Assembly (NCBI GenBank): GCA_000934665.2
Contig: KZ538784.1
Span: 1 to 47,678, forward strand
Length of the DNA stretch: 47,678 nucleotides
Direction of reading: 5' to 3'
DNA from: Catajapyx aquilonaris
Taxonomy: Eukaryota
Below, piece after piece: positions 24,943-37,598 of the stretch. Position numbers and translations under genes: made by a program. A model generated the notes under the pieces. That model saw only the letters and a program-made list of their open reading frames with translations. It did no database searches and was not told where the DNA came from. Position 1 is the first letter of the stretch. Each line of letters begins with the position of its first letter.

Positions 24943-26676
24943 GACGCCAAGGAGACATTTCCTATATGTAGAACATTCGTATAGGGTAACCCAGAGTAAT
25001 ATGGGTCTGTCAGCATACTCGCACGCTTTTGCTTCCTTCCAGGGAAATTTCATTTCTTACCGTTCGGAATGAAAAATATCAATTTCGTATGTCAACGTAC
25101 TATATTCACTTTGCATACACGAATATTTATAAGCACACCCTCAATAATTTATAACGTGCGTACATTAATTCAGACTAATTTTAAACTGAACACTAGAATT
25201 CGGAACTATAGGAGCTTTTTGTCAAATGCGCATGAGCGTCCATGAATGAAAGTTGGGGAATTATATAACGTTATTAACTGTAACAGTTCTTATATTATAT
25301 ATATAGGGGGGGGGGGGATCCTCATTTGAAAACTATACGTTAAAAATACGGTGACAAATTTAGGTACACCCTGTGTTATCCTAATTGTGGGCTTCTGCAG
25401 CAAAATTATTGAGATAGAGGCATCAATTATATGCTGCATGAAGAACATGGCAAATAATTATTTTGCGGGATGAATGTGCAGTGTGGTGAGGTGTACTGTA
25501 CTGTATGCATGTAGCTAAACCAAAAATACGCAATGAACATACTTAGGGTCTGTTGCGCAGCCCATGATGGTATATCCTTGTTATTAATTGGTGACTGCAA
25601 TTAAACAGTAATAAATAACATTGGAGATATACGCCGTTTGTGAAATACCACCAGTGGTACAACAGACCGCCCAGCACTCTACGAATGGATTGATTTTGGT
25701 ACACTAAAAGTCAGGAATATGTGTATATTGACAGGCAAGAACGACAAGGACACTTCATGTATCAGTGTTACCTAAATTCAGTTACATAGTTTGGGTTTTG
25801 CGTATGACAATTAATACCAAATCAGTTTTATTTACAAGAGTATTGTTGGTTGTGACTCAGGTTGACATAGATTGTTACATTAATTTTTGAGCAATACCAC
25901 CGCATTTACCTGATTTCTTGAGTAAACTTGAGCGGCTTGTTGCCATGTGACGTTGCAGTGTGGACTATCTTGGAGAAGGCTCGAGTGACATCACTTTAGA
26001 GAGGCTGCTCCCAAGGAATTAGAACTGCACGAAAGTGCCCGAATTGTCTGGGTACACATTTTCAAAGAAGTGCCTATAGAAAGTGATGACGCAAGAGTCG
26101 TCCAGCAGTGTAGTCATGGGGAGGGGGCGTGGTTGACAAACATTCGTCCTCGCCACGGAGGTTCTATATCCAGGATTTCATTTCGTAACATGTTTGCCAG
26201 AGCTGTTTTAACAGATATAAAGAAAACCAAAAAAGGTTACAAATTGTTTTTGGTGCATAATTTGCATACTAATATGCGTTTAGACGCTAGGTGATGTTGT
26301 CAGTAGGGTGACGTATTTTCTTGAGGACAAATGACATCTTTCTGATACGTGGAGTCACGTTGGGTACGGGTGTCCTCATAGGAGAAATTGGTCAAGGGCA
26401 CAAGGGCGCAAACGGTGTCCGTTCTCAATTTATTGTAGCATGTAATCATTTTCCTAGTCGCAGAATGCAGTGCTACCAACTGCAGGAGAAACTGTGCTGA
26501 GTGATAACATTTTAAGGTGGTATTACGTACCGACTTAAAAGTGCATTGTTCATTCAGAAAACCTTTCAGTTGCACGTTGAGTTGAAGAGAGTCATAGATT
26601 ATAATCAGAAGCGATATCTACACAATCGGAGTAGTGTGAAAACAATGCAGATACTGTGCTTTACACACAATATTGG

Positions 26677-26744
26677 TCCGTGTAAGTAGTATTAATTGTG
26701 TCCTAATGTTGCAATTAGGACACAATTAATACTACTTACACGGA
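26677..26744. repeat. Perfect 31-bp hairpin with 6-nt loop
   Basis: TCCGTGTAAGTAGTATTAATTGTGTCCTAAT-gttgca-ATTAGGACACAATTAATACTACTTACACGGA. Confidence 0.95.
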
Positions 26745-26746
26745 TG

Positions 26747-26848
26747 AATGATTCCAGTAAGGGCGAAAGTCGCTTGCACCCTTCCCCCCTAGGACAGTGG
26801 GGATTTGTGCAGGATCTACACGCGACTTTCGCCCTTACTGGAATCATT
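26747..26848. mobile_element. Small MITE-like element, copy A
   Basis: Perfect 27-bp IR AATGATTCCAGTAAGGGCGAAAGTCGC / GCGACTTTCGCCCTTACTGGAATCATT; the core is repeated at 27789-27874. Confidence 0.85.
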
Positions 26849-27655
26849 AGATTGTTGCAATATTAAAGTAAAAGTATAATACACAATATATATCTTAGAA
26901 AAATCGTATAGGTGCTGTACTTATTAAAGTTTGTCCCCCTCTCATTTCACACGAATCCTTAGGATGACCTCAGATGAAAAGGCAACCGTGGGAGAAGATG
27001 AACACCAACTAAAGGACACTACGAATCCAAAAAAGCGTGCGAAGATCAAAATGTGAACGTCCTTCTCACGACTGAATGACAACAAGGCAGCCATGAGTGA
27101 TTCTTACCCCCTCCTCCACCCCCCCCCCCACTTTTTTGATATATACCACGGCCATCTGTCACACTGGGAAAGGTTATGAGAATCCCAGCATTGGCCTCAA
27201 GCCCTCTCTACTCCATAGTAGGCTACATATCCCCCTCCTAGTATATACCCTTCTCTTTCAGGGGGTGGGTGGGGAACTCCACCCCCCTGCGCCTAGGGCA
27301 GCAGCTCCATCCGGAGACAAAGAGGACGTAATAATCCTGCAAAATCCCGACATATTTGCCCACTCTCTCCGTCTGCACTCCCTCGGGCTCTTATGATCCC
27401 TGCCTCTCTCTGAGTCTGCTCTACTGCTTTTCTGCGCTTCCTCTCCCCCCTCTCTAGCCCTTATATGGCTCTCTGGCTCTCTCGACCTGCTATGAACTGC
27501 TGATGCTGCATGTTCAGCTCTCTGATCATTTGCATATTATTACCTTCCCATCAGCAATCGGGAAGGGAATATCAGTCAGCTCGATGTGTTTTTTTTAAAA
27601 TGTTTATTTCTTTAATATAGGAGCCTGATTTTTGATATGTCAGAAAGGGTGTGGT

Positions 27656-28147
27656 CAGTGACATATTACCAAATAGGCAGTGAAAATTTTAGGGGGCGGC
27701 AAATATCATGGAGGGGGAAAATTTTGACGCTTGCGAACTATACGTTCATGTGCTGCCTCAAGATGAAACGCCCGATGCCCGCTGAGATCAGTAAGGGCGA
27801 AAATCACGTGCACCGTTCCACCCTAGGACAGTGGGGATCTGTGCAGGCTCTACACGCGACTTTCGCCCTTACTGGTCTGGGCATCGGCCGCACCTTGGGT
27901 TTGGAGTGGCATAAAATTGTAAACCCCAAGATGAAATTCACCGGATTTTTCTAATTTAGTAGGAGTATCCATGACCAAAATTTCAAATTTTTTGAAATGA
28001 CAATTTTCGAGATATTTGCCCTTGAAATCCGAAAATTTCGGAATTTCCTCAATCTCGGGCCTAAAAATCAGCCAGGAGTGTTTGGGAGGGGGGATGGGGG
28101 CAGATAAAGCTATGCCTAGGGGCGGCAAAAACCTAAATACGTCATTG
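27656..28147. mobile_element. hAT-family non-autonomous element
   Basis: TIRs CAGTGACATATT / AATACGTCATTG; perfect 8-bp TSD GGTGTGGT at 27648-27655 and 28148-28155; GGGGCGGCAAA motif near both ends. Confidence 0.88.
27772..27887. mobile_element. Small MITE-like element, copy B, nested in the hAT element
   Basis: The core CAGTAAGGGCGAAA...CCCTAGGACAGTGGGGAT...TCTACACGCGACTTTCGCCCTTACTG (27789-27874) matches 26755-26840. Confidence 0.8.
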
Positions 28148-30559
28148 GGTGTGGTTATTTTGGAACCACGTGTGGTACTTGAGTGGACCTAAGGCGGTGC
28201 CCCATCTTTGCTTCCTTACTCTATTCCAGGAGAAATCTGGTCGGATTTTGTCCAGCTGGAGGATAATCCTGGTTGCTAATCCTGAGGGCTGTTGCAGACC
28301 CACGTCGCTCCTTTACCGGCCTTTTCCAAAGCCTATAAGGATTCCTTCCTCGGTGGCCCACCGCCGCCGAAACTCCCTAAAAGGTTCATGGGATGGCGCC
28401 TAAGAGCTGGGCTTCCACTAGATTTGTATGGGGCAGCCTGCGTCTATCTCTTTTTTGAGCTGGTTGCATGACATCGAATCAGGGGGGTACAGGTGGGGCA
28501 AAACGTGTCTGGCGACGATGTGGGACTAACAGTAACGCGGTGCAGCTGTCGTTTACCGATAAAAGAGTGATAGTAGCGGGGGCGACCTCAGACCTTTGAC
28601 CCGCTTCCAAGGGCAATAGCCACGTGCGCTACCACTATACCTCCTCCAAATTCTTTATCGCTTGTATATGAGATTAAGGGATTGGTTTGGCCGGGTGTGA
28701 CCTTTGTCCTCTTAATACTTCCAGTCTGGTCAGCGACCTTCCAGAAAATGTCGCGCCTGGCCCTATACGAGTTGTGTTTGAATAGAAGCTTTGGTCCTTT
28801 CTGTGACCGCGTGCGGTCATGCCCTGTACTGTGTTGGCAGAGGGATATCGTGAAGACATCAGGAAGTATGTTTTGCCAAACTATGGCTGGATTTTATCAC
28901 CACTTTCCATGTATGATGCTACTACTTGTAATTACTGGGATGAAAATGATCTGTATAGTGTACATTAATGTTTTCTATTTACTGCAAGTTTATTCCGGAT
29001 TAAAATCGCAAAACACTCGCATACACTAAAAACAGGAACAAATAACAAATAATGTACTATAACTGTAACATAAAACAAACAATATTTATTAATGATGGTA
29101 TCTTCATATTTGAAAACTGTTTTAATAATGATAACGTAATGTAACTTGTTCATAAAATCTGCAACCGTGACATAAATGCCCAGCAAAATATAACCATAAT
29201 ATTTTCCACTCACATTTTATACACAGTGACACGAAAGGGAACCAATAATGTGGATGCCGGTGACTTTTTGTGGCCGACAGCACATGCTTCGCTGTATGTT
29301 AATATAATAAATACTGCACACAGCTATGTTGGTATTCTTCTGGTTTTATTAACGGTACAAAATAAATCAATTTTTAAACACTTACCTTATAAGATAATTA
29401 CGCTGTTCCTTCTATTGCGCAGTGTTCAACTTAACGGTTAAAATTCCTTCGATGGTACATAGTCTGAAAAAACGGTTGTTACTTGTACTTAAATTTGGAG
29501 TCGTTATATCTTAGGATGCACACTTTACAACATGTCTTCAGAAAGCGCAAATCGTTTTTTTTTTACAAACGTGTGTACACAGATCATAACTAATTACTGT
29601 TTCCTTTAGACATACCGGTACACCAGCAAGTTGTACATGATCAAAGCACCTTCAATATATTATGAATCATGCATCGCATATAATTATGAGGTGCACGATG
29701 TCCTGGAAGATCCGTATCAGACTGTTTCGACCAAAATGCGTTTCATATGATCGTTCTGCAAAGCATATATATCTTATTCATGAATATCTGTTGCATAAAC
29801 GTGGGGAAAATTTATGCGGAACTGAACGACTCCTTATAAGGACAGGTTTCACGATATTTTTATACACCTGTTATTTGAACCCCGACAAACCCCTTAGCCC
29901 CTGAACGTATATTTATTTTTGCAAAGGTATAGGTCCCGGATAATAATGGCGCCAATGAAGGTCAAATAACACCAATTCATACTGTATAGGTATTCGCGGG
30001 AACTTTTTCTTCGTTGGAATATGACACAAAATCCATGCATTGTTCCAATGGTGAGGAAATATCTCTGAATAGAAAAATACTACTGCAGTCACGCCCATTC
30101 TGTTGTGTTATTAGCAAAATCCTACATGCTGCATTTAGCCATTAAATTTTTGACATTAATCATTAAAAAGTTACTTAAAACAGTATACCGTATAATTGTG
30201 ATAATATACTTATGTATAACAGGTCAGGGCATGCATCACTTTAGGCCTTAATATATTAAGATATTGGGAATGACCTATCTGGAACCTGTTGGCCTCCGAG
30301 GTCATGATTCGAGTATACTTATTGCAGGCTTGAATACACCTGGACGCCATATCCCTGTAGAGCTGCTGCAATGGTTTAAAATGATGCATCCAGTCTACCT
30401 GAGATTAACTGCAAATATTGCGCTACCTCAAAAAATTATAAACTACATGACAAGCGATGAAATTATTGAAACACCTCTGTATTGTTTGTACACATGCATA
30501 AAGAATGCCTATTGAAGACCATTAACAAAACTAATATCTGAAGATACACTGTTGTAAAT

Positions 30560-30792
30560 GGTTGGTTGGTTTGTTAGTTGGTTGTGCCAAAGCAACTAAG
30601 GCTATGTGGCATTCGTGTGATGGGCTTTTGGTAGTGGGAGGAAACGGGAGAACCCCGAGAAATCCCACGCAAACACGGCGAGAACCCATCGAAACTCTTC
30701 CACATAAGTGTCCTCCGTCCGACCAGGGGATCAAACTTGGAACCTTAGAGGTGGAAGGCTGTGGCATTAACCACTACACCACAGTGTCGCCC
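30560..30792 (-). mobile_element. tRNA-derived SINE with V-SINE-like central domain and (ACCA)n tail
   Basis: The minus strand begins GGGCGACACTGTGGTGTAGTGGTTA (A box), then a degenerate B box AGTTTGATCCC, then GTTCTCGCCGTGTTTGCGTGGGATTTCTCGGGGTTCTCCCGTTTCCTCCCAC (30685-30634). Degenerate TSD ACTGTTGTAAAT / ACTGTTCTAACT. Confidence 0.85.
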
Positions 30793-30925
30793 ACTGTTCT
30801 AACTGAAACTAATTATAATAAGTTGCTATTTTTATTGAATTAATTGTGGCTATAAATCCTGTTTTTGCATGTTGTGCCCTATAGTGTATTGAAAATCGAA
30901 TATGACTTGTTGATTATACACATAA

Positions 30926-31074
30926 AGGTCCGTTTACATGTAAGAGATTTTTGACGAGCGAAATCTTCGCCGATTTTCGTCTCAAACAATATTGGTTACT
31001 TTGTTGGGTTACTCAGCCCCGGCGAAAACTTCGCTCCACTTCGCTCGTCAAATCGCTCACATGCAAACACACCT
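30926..31074. mobile_element. PIF/Harbinger-like MITE
   Basis: TIRs AGGTCCGTTTACATG..GATTTTTGACGAGCGAA / TTCGCTCGTCAAATC..CATGCAAACACACCT with a 3-bp TAA TSD (30923-30925, 31075-31077). Confidence 0.8.
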
Positions 31075-34000
31075 TAATAAGTATGATGAGCACATGTACG
31101 GTAAGACTGTTTTGTGTCAATTCTACGCATATTATATAGACACTATCAGATGTGATTTACATGTATAGGTTTGTTAATTGCACCCGAAAAAAGTGTCACT
31201 GACATGTATTATATCGCTGAAAAACATAAACGATTTTGAGCGCTATAGTACAAGTACTACCGACCAGAAACATAGTTACAATTTCCAAAGATAATGCTGT
31301 CACAAATTAAACACATACGATATCCTCCAGGCTACATGCTGTGTATTTTGAGACCACCAAATGAAAATCTGAAAAATATTCAAAACAAGCCCTAGAATAA
31401 TTTCGACATGCGAATTTTAACTTAAGATTGTATGGCCCCCTTATGTTATAATTTGTTTACAAACATTCCTCACACTTTATTAGATGTCAACAATCACAAC
31501 AGAAAAACCCAATAATTATTTACTTCCTGCAAAAATGATCTTACATTAGATTCCATATTGAAAGCAAGTCGTGACTAGTGGGTCGCTAGGCTATACACAC
31601 AGCCATGGGCCTAGAAGTATGCCGCACGGCCAGAACAGCATGACTGAGTAATAAGCAATGATTACACCCAACGTCGGTGGCAATGTTGACGAGTAAAGGT
31701 CGCGGATGGACTCAACATAACCAAGCATTGAAAAGTCAGTGCAAGAGTCGTGTTATATCTGGGCCTAATATCTGCAGATGCCAATCTAGTGTTTGCCCGG
31801 AAGCCCCGCTGTCATTGGCCCAAAGCACACAAAGCCCACCGATCGACATGGGCTTACTCTGCTGATTCCCTTCACGCCACTCAGCCCCGCAGCCTATTTC
31901 TTGGCCCTCTAGAATTAACACCGCTTATTACGAATGCAATTTCATTCACTTTTCCCCCATTTTTCTCATCACAACATTCCATTAGTGCACTTGAATTTTT
32001 CACTCACTCAAGCCGTAGCCTGATGACTCGATATTAGCTACCCATCGCCTCTGGAGACATTTCCTTACATATGGAATTGGACATGCAAATCAGCCTATAT
32101 GGCTTCAAGGAATATAAAGAGCTGTGAGTCTGGCGCAAACTCATGCAGACACATGGAAGCGGGCAAAGGGGGCTGTAATAAGCCTTGATGAATATTTCAC
32201 CACGGGGCAGTGTTCTTGGGGTCAGAAATTAGGGCGAAGCAGTGGCAGGCCATGAGAAATTCATGGGTAGGAGGGGGCACATAGAGAGTGAAGCATGCGA
32301 GCCCCTCCAGTCCAGGATCAAGACCAATTTTGCGATCCCGAACCATATTATCGGGGCAGGGATGGAGGAGAAATGTCACGCTACTCCTATGGGACACCAC
32401 TTAACTGGCCTTTCTATCAAACACTCATAAACTCCTTCCTGACTTGGCTACGTCGCCGTCAAATACAGGGTTTTTTTTATATACCACATATAGGTTCCAA
32501 GACTGATTTTTTTTAGGCGGACGTTAGCAAACACATGGGTATAAAGAGTGAGAAAATGAATGGTTCATTTATCACGGGTGGGTTGGTCCATATGTGTCTT
32601 GTAATCGCTCACAATAATTTTTGGAATGGACGTTTCGTGCAAGATCGTATATGTATAGGCTAATTGAATTGTACCCGAGTATATAACCTGCACTTTGATA
32701 TTTCATTCAGAGCTACCCACCGCTTGGCTGTCTTTTTTATGAAGCATATTTGACCTGTACATGCACTTGATGAATCGTGCATGTATGCATTTAATTAAGG
32801 ACATTTTTGGTGAATCCAGTCGTTATAATGACAGTGTAGCAATTTAATGCAGACCTGCGGTCCTTTTTTTCTTCGATATTAACTTTGTGAAGATGTAATT
32901 ACGTGGAGCTATTTTTACTTGCAGCGTAAACATTTGATATAAGTGTAAATTGATGTTTGTTAGTTTCCGCGTTTTTAAAATGTTATTAGAATATTTGCCC
33001 TTTTCATATGACTGAAATTGCTGCAAAGTGGTATAGTGCACTGTACCATCATCCAAGCATAAATAATGTTATTCAGTTGGCACATCATTTTATAAAACGT
33101 ACTCTATACTACGAATGTACAGGTCATGTGTACGTCGAAACGCCACGTGAGTATCGCGAAAATACATACACGTCAAAGTTCTACGGAAACGTTGCGTCAG
33201 AGTGCATGTCTGCAACTTTTACGCAGCATTTTCCTCTTGTTATCTCGTTTATACTATACGCTTATATAACTTGGCATATCCGTCGACTTATATTGATGTC
33301 AGTGTGCCAGTCGGTAGACACTTCCATACCCGCGCAAACTCATCGACGTCGCTATGGAATCTAATTTGGAACCTCCCAAGTGAATACAGTGTGACGCCTT
33401 ACCTTCTATACCAAACAACCTCGATTAGTCTTATTACTTAGCTCCGCATTATCGAACCAGTCCGTTCCCAAAATACTGGCAAGGAACCAAAACTGAGAGA
33501 CAATGTATACTCGGCTTTGGCCCACATATGTGGATAGATTAGGTTCCAGAGATTGTGTATGGGGACAAGCAATTGACGCTGGCCTTTTTGACGTAGCCAA
33601 ATGTTGGGTAGACAGCGTGCAATTTGCAGGTCCAAAAAGGGAAATGGGCTTCTCTATCGCGATCCTTTTCCATCCCCCTTGAGTCTTCATGTATGTTTCA
33701 CATAACCTACCTCAAGTGTAAGCCTTATTTACTCACTCTTGGCCGATAGGAGATACGAGCACATGGGTACCGCTTACCAACCTTAAGGGCAAAAGGCACG
33801 ATGTTGTTATTACTATTATCAGGGCACAGCCAAGACCATGTCGCTTTCTGCTTGGATAAGTTTCCATTCCATTCTACCGTAATATTGTACAGTGCGGTAT
33901 GATATAGAACAGACAGTTTCATGAGCTATGGGCGCACTGCAAAATTGCTATGTTATTTGCGTCTTTTCTTTATTGTTATAGGAAAAAGGGTGATTTGTAA

Positions 34001-37000
34001 ATGTGTACCGTATATGCATCAAGTGCTGTCAAGATTATTGTTAGAGTCTGTTCGCACTATTTGTCAGGCCTGTAATTTTGTAAATAGTTTTTAACACCAT
34101 AGAATTTTATCCTACCCTTCCGGCTACTTGATTGTCCAAGACACTTTGTGAGAGCCGGGCAATGGGGGCGACAACCCCTTTCATCCTCCAGCAGGCGGGT
34201 AACGAAACACTCGAACCCCGAAAGCAAGACCACGTAATTTGCAGCTGTGTCTAGTAAATGCCGCGACCTCGTACAGTACACAAGAAATGGTTACGGAAAA
34301 CATGCGCACGATGCATTGCAATGATTGTGTATTTATATCGGAACTCTTTCCCTAATGTCTATCAGTTGTGTCTTATTACCACTTGATTGTGACAAAAATG
34401 TAACATGGAAAGAGTTAGCAGATGTCATGTATATCCAATAAAAATAAATTATAGATAAATTGCAGTTGTCCTATAACTTATTCTTATTCCTCAGTTTCGT
34501 TATGTTGTTTTGTTTAAGCTGGCGTCCGTATATTTACACTTCTTGACGAATTATAGTCTGCCAGTTATTATAGTGTTCTCTTCAGGAACCAGCATGTTAT
34601 GATGTAATATGCACGCCAAATAATGACTATAATAAATATTATTACTTGCATCGTACATCAAGTGAACATACACGCTTATATAAATTACAGTGCCAAGATC
34701 TAATATTGATGTTCTGTCTACTTAACTACGCTGCGAGTTCCACATAAATGGATCGAGTAAATAATTTTTATTTATTTATTTATTCTCTATACCTTCATAT
34801 AGTTTACATAAAACTGACGATGTTAATCCACAATTCAAATAATGGATATATGACAAGTATACTACGCTTACAATGTGTAATTTACCATATCCATACCCAC
34901 TGTGTTGGATAATAAGGAAATCTATATACAGCAACGGCCCTATAGTTGACCCATGCTAAATGCTGAACAAGTGACCATACTGCACTTATTTTTTTCATAT
35001 TAAAACGGAAAGAAAATAGAGGATGATCCCAAATTATGGTAGAGATGACCAACACGAAGACGACGTAGGAAGGCCATAATTATGCGTAGACCCGTATAGG
35101 CCATCGATATCAGCAGGAGACGAGCCCCCTATGAGCCCTGAGGAGGCCAATATGTGTACTGGAGCAACCTGTTTGCATTTCCCAGAGATCGGGGCGGTGT
35201 TAAGAGAGGAGAGAGGCCGGAGTGCATCATGGGGCCGCCGCCCTGTGACCTAACCCGTCTCTAATTGCCATCATTCCCCCCCCCCCCCCCCCCCCNCTCC
35301 CTCCCCCTTTCAACGTCCACCCCGTCCCCTGAGATGGGCAGGCAGCAGCATTAATGCCTGGCCGGCCTAGCAAACACATTACCACCTGATCTATGGTCCT
35401 TGCCTGCCGCCCCTTGCAGACCATCCATCTGATTGTTACCTACACACCTTATGATGTTCCTATATCCAGCACCACCGGTTTACATCATGATGGCGATGCG
35501 ACTCAATGTGACTGGAGTCAACCCAACTCGCTCTCACGGTTTATCTCCATGTAGCTCATACAAATCCTCTGGCTTTAACCAACACGTTACCTGAAAAAAG
35601 CTGCATGAGAAAGATACTGCTGCGGCTGTTACTATGGGATGTAAGTTAAAATTATGGTATGTACTTAATATTTTGATAGATAACGTTCCTCTAACGGTTG
35701 ATGTGTGTGGGACCAGTAATATTGTTACTGGTCATTTCACGATCAGTGCAGCATTGTTATGAGCAACAACTACGTCGAAGCTACACATCCTGTTAATCAT
35801 ATGTGAAGTTATCAGACTCTGCGGAAGTGCTGTTGAGAAAAGGAAATGGATGATGAACTGATCAAATATGAAGTGTGTGGTAAGATATGCTGAGATATGT
35901 GAGTTTCAAGGCCTATTGGAATCTCACATGTGGGATGGTCTTTTGAATTATTGAGATTATAATTAGTGTATATTGATGAATGTCAGGTACAATCGGATTG
36001 TTTTTGCATTTCAAATAACAATAACCCAAATAAACCGGGGGTGACACACTTTCTGTACTGAATGTGTACTGAGTACATGATAATTACAAGTGCAGTAGAG
36101 GCTGATGCTGGTTTGGCTCTAGGGCTGTGCCTAGATAGAATGTTTTAGACGGAGGAAAAGAGCTGGGAAGAGGATTAGGGTCTGGTTTGCCCAGCTGCGG
36201 ATGCTGTAAGGCCTTGGCATTAGGCCGCTTTGATTGGTTCGCGAAGGTACTTTCTGGGTAAACAAGGCGCTAATTATGGCAAGTGGGGGTGGAGGCTGGG
36301 GCGGGGGAGGATATCAAGGGAGACGGCTTGTGATTACCAGGGTTTTGTTTGTTTGGCGAAAGTTCAGAGGATCGAAGACGTTGGCGAAGGCGTCGGAGGA
36401 GGAGGAGGAGGAGAAGGAGGTTGCATGAGGAGAGGAGGGAGGTGGAGGAGGAAGCAGTCAGAGCCAGCAGCCAGAGCTTGATGATGCTCTGGCAAGCTTC
36501 AACTCATTTACCTGCTGCCTGTGCTTGATTCGAGTTAGCCTATTTCATGGCAGTTATGATTCACCCCCATTTTTTGACGCTGGCCTAACTCTGCATCAAT
36601 GCATCATAATAGTTTGTAGACATTTCTGAAGTTATTTACTACTAATTGTAAAACATTCTTAAAACAGGTCATATAAACCCGGAATATAATTAACAAGACA
36701 GTAGATTATTATACTCGATTATATCGTTGCCCCATGCTCTCATACGTCGTCGTTTTTAGAGAACATTTTAAAATATTGTTTCTCTGTACCGTGTTTTGGG
36801 GCTATTTATTAAGCCGTGTACCTTCTATAAATTATACATATCAATGAATGTCTCGATGCCAAAATGGAATGAGATGATCCAATTGCTCGGATATTTCAAG
36901 AATTAGGAAATCTTGAATGCTATATATTTATTTCATGATGACACAAGACCACAGGTCTTATAACGAGGTACAATGGTTTTTTTTTTTCAAAAAATAACAA

Positions 37001-37010
37001 AAATAACAGT

Positions 37011-37598
37011 CTTTATGTAAAAGTTGCGCCGTTGCATTTGGCTGAAACTTGGTCAGTTGGTGGAACTTGACCTAAGGGTCAATTGTTCTGAAGGCCGAAG
37101 AAAATCTACCGTGCCGTTTGACCGCTAGATACGCTCAAAGTCGGACTTTCACGGACCTTCAGGTGGCTCCTATCGGGCTCATTTTCATGTATGTCATAGA
37201 GTTTCATGAGCTGAGTCGAATGAGCCATGTGGCGATTTTCTGTGACAAACCATTTGTCCGCTAGATGCGTAACCGAGTTCAACAACAATACCCGTATCTA
37301 CTGTATCTACTGTACGGTAATAGGATTGTAAGTCCAACATAACAATAACTGCCAAATGGTTGGCCACAGAAAATCGCCACATGGCTCATTCGACTCAGCT
37401 CATGAAACTATACAACATACATGATAATGAGCCCGATAGGAGCCACCTGAAGGTCCGTGAAAGTCCGACTTTGAGCGCCTCTAGCGGCCACACGGGACGG
37501 TAGATTTTCTTCGGCCTTCAGAACAAATTACCCTTAGGTCAAGGTCCACCAACTGATCAAGTTTCAGCCAAATCCAACAGCGCAACTTTTACATAAGG
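37011..37598. mobile_element. Large foldback element with ~246-bp inverted arms
   Basis: 37011-37256 is the reverse complement of 37353-37598 with scattered substitutions, around a 96-bp spacer. No TSD resolved. Confidence 0.9.

Noticed and set aside
13864..25374. TACAGGGTGT (13864) and TACACCCTG (about 25364) as ends of one 11.5-kb mariner element
   Set aside because: Complementarity is limited to ~8 nt and no transposase lies between them; probably independent fragments.
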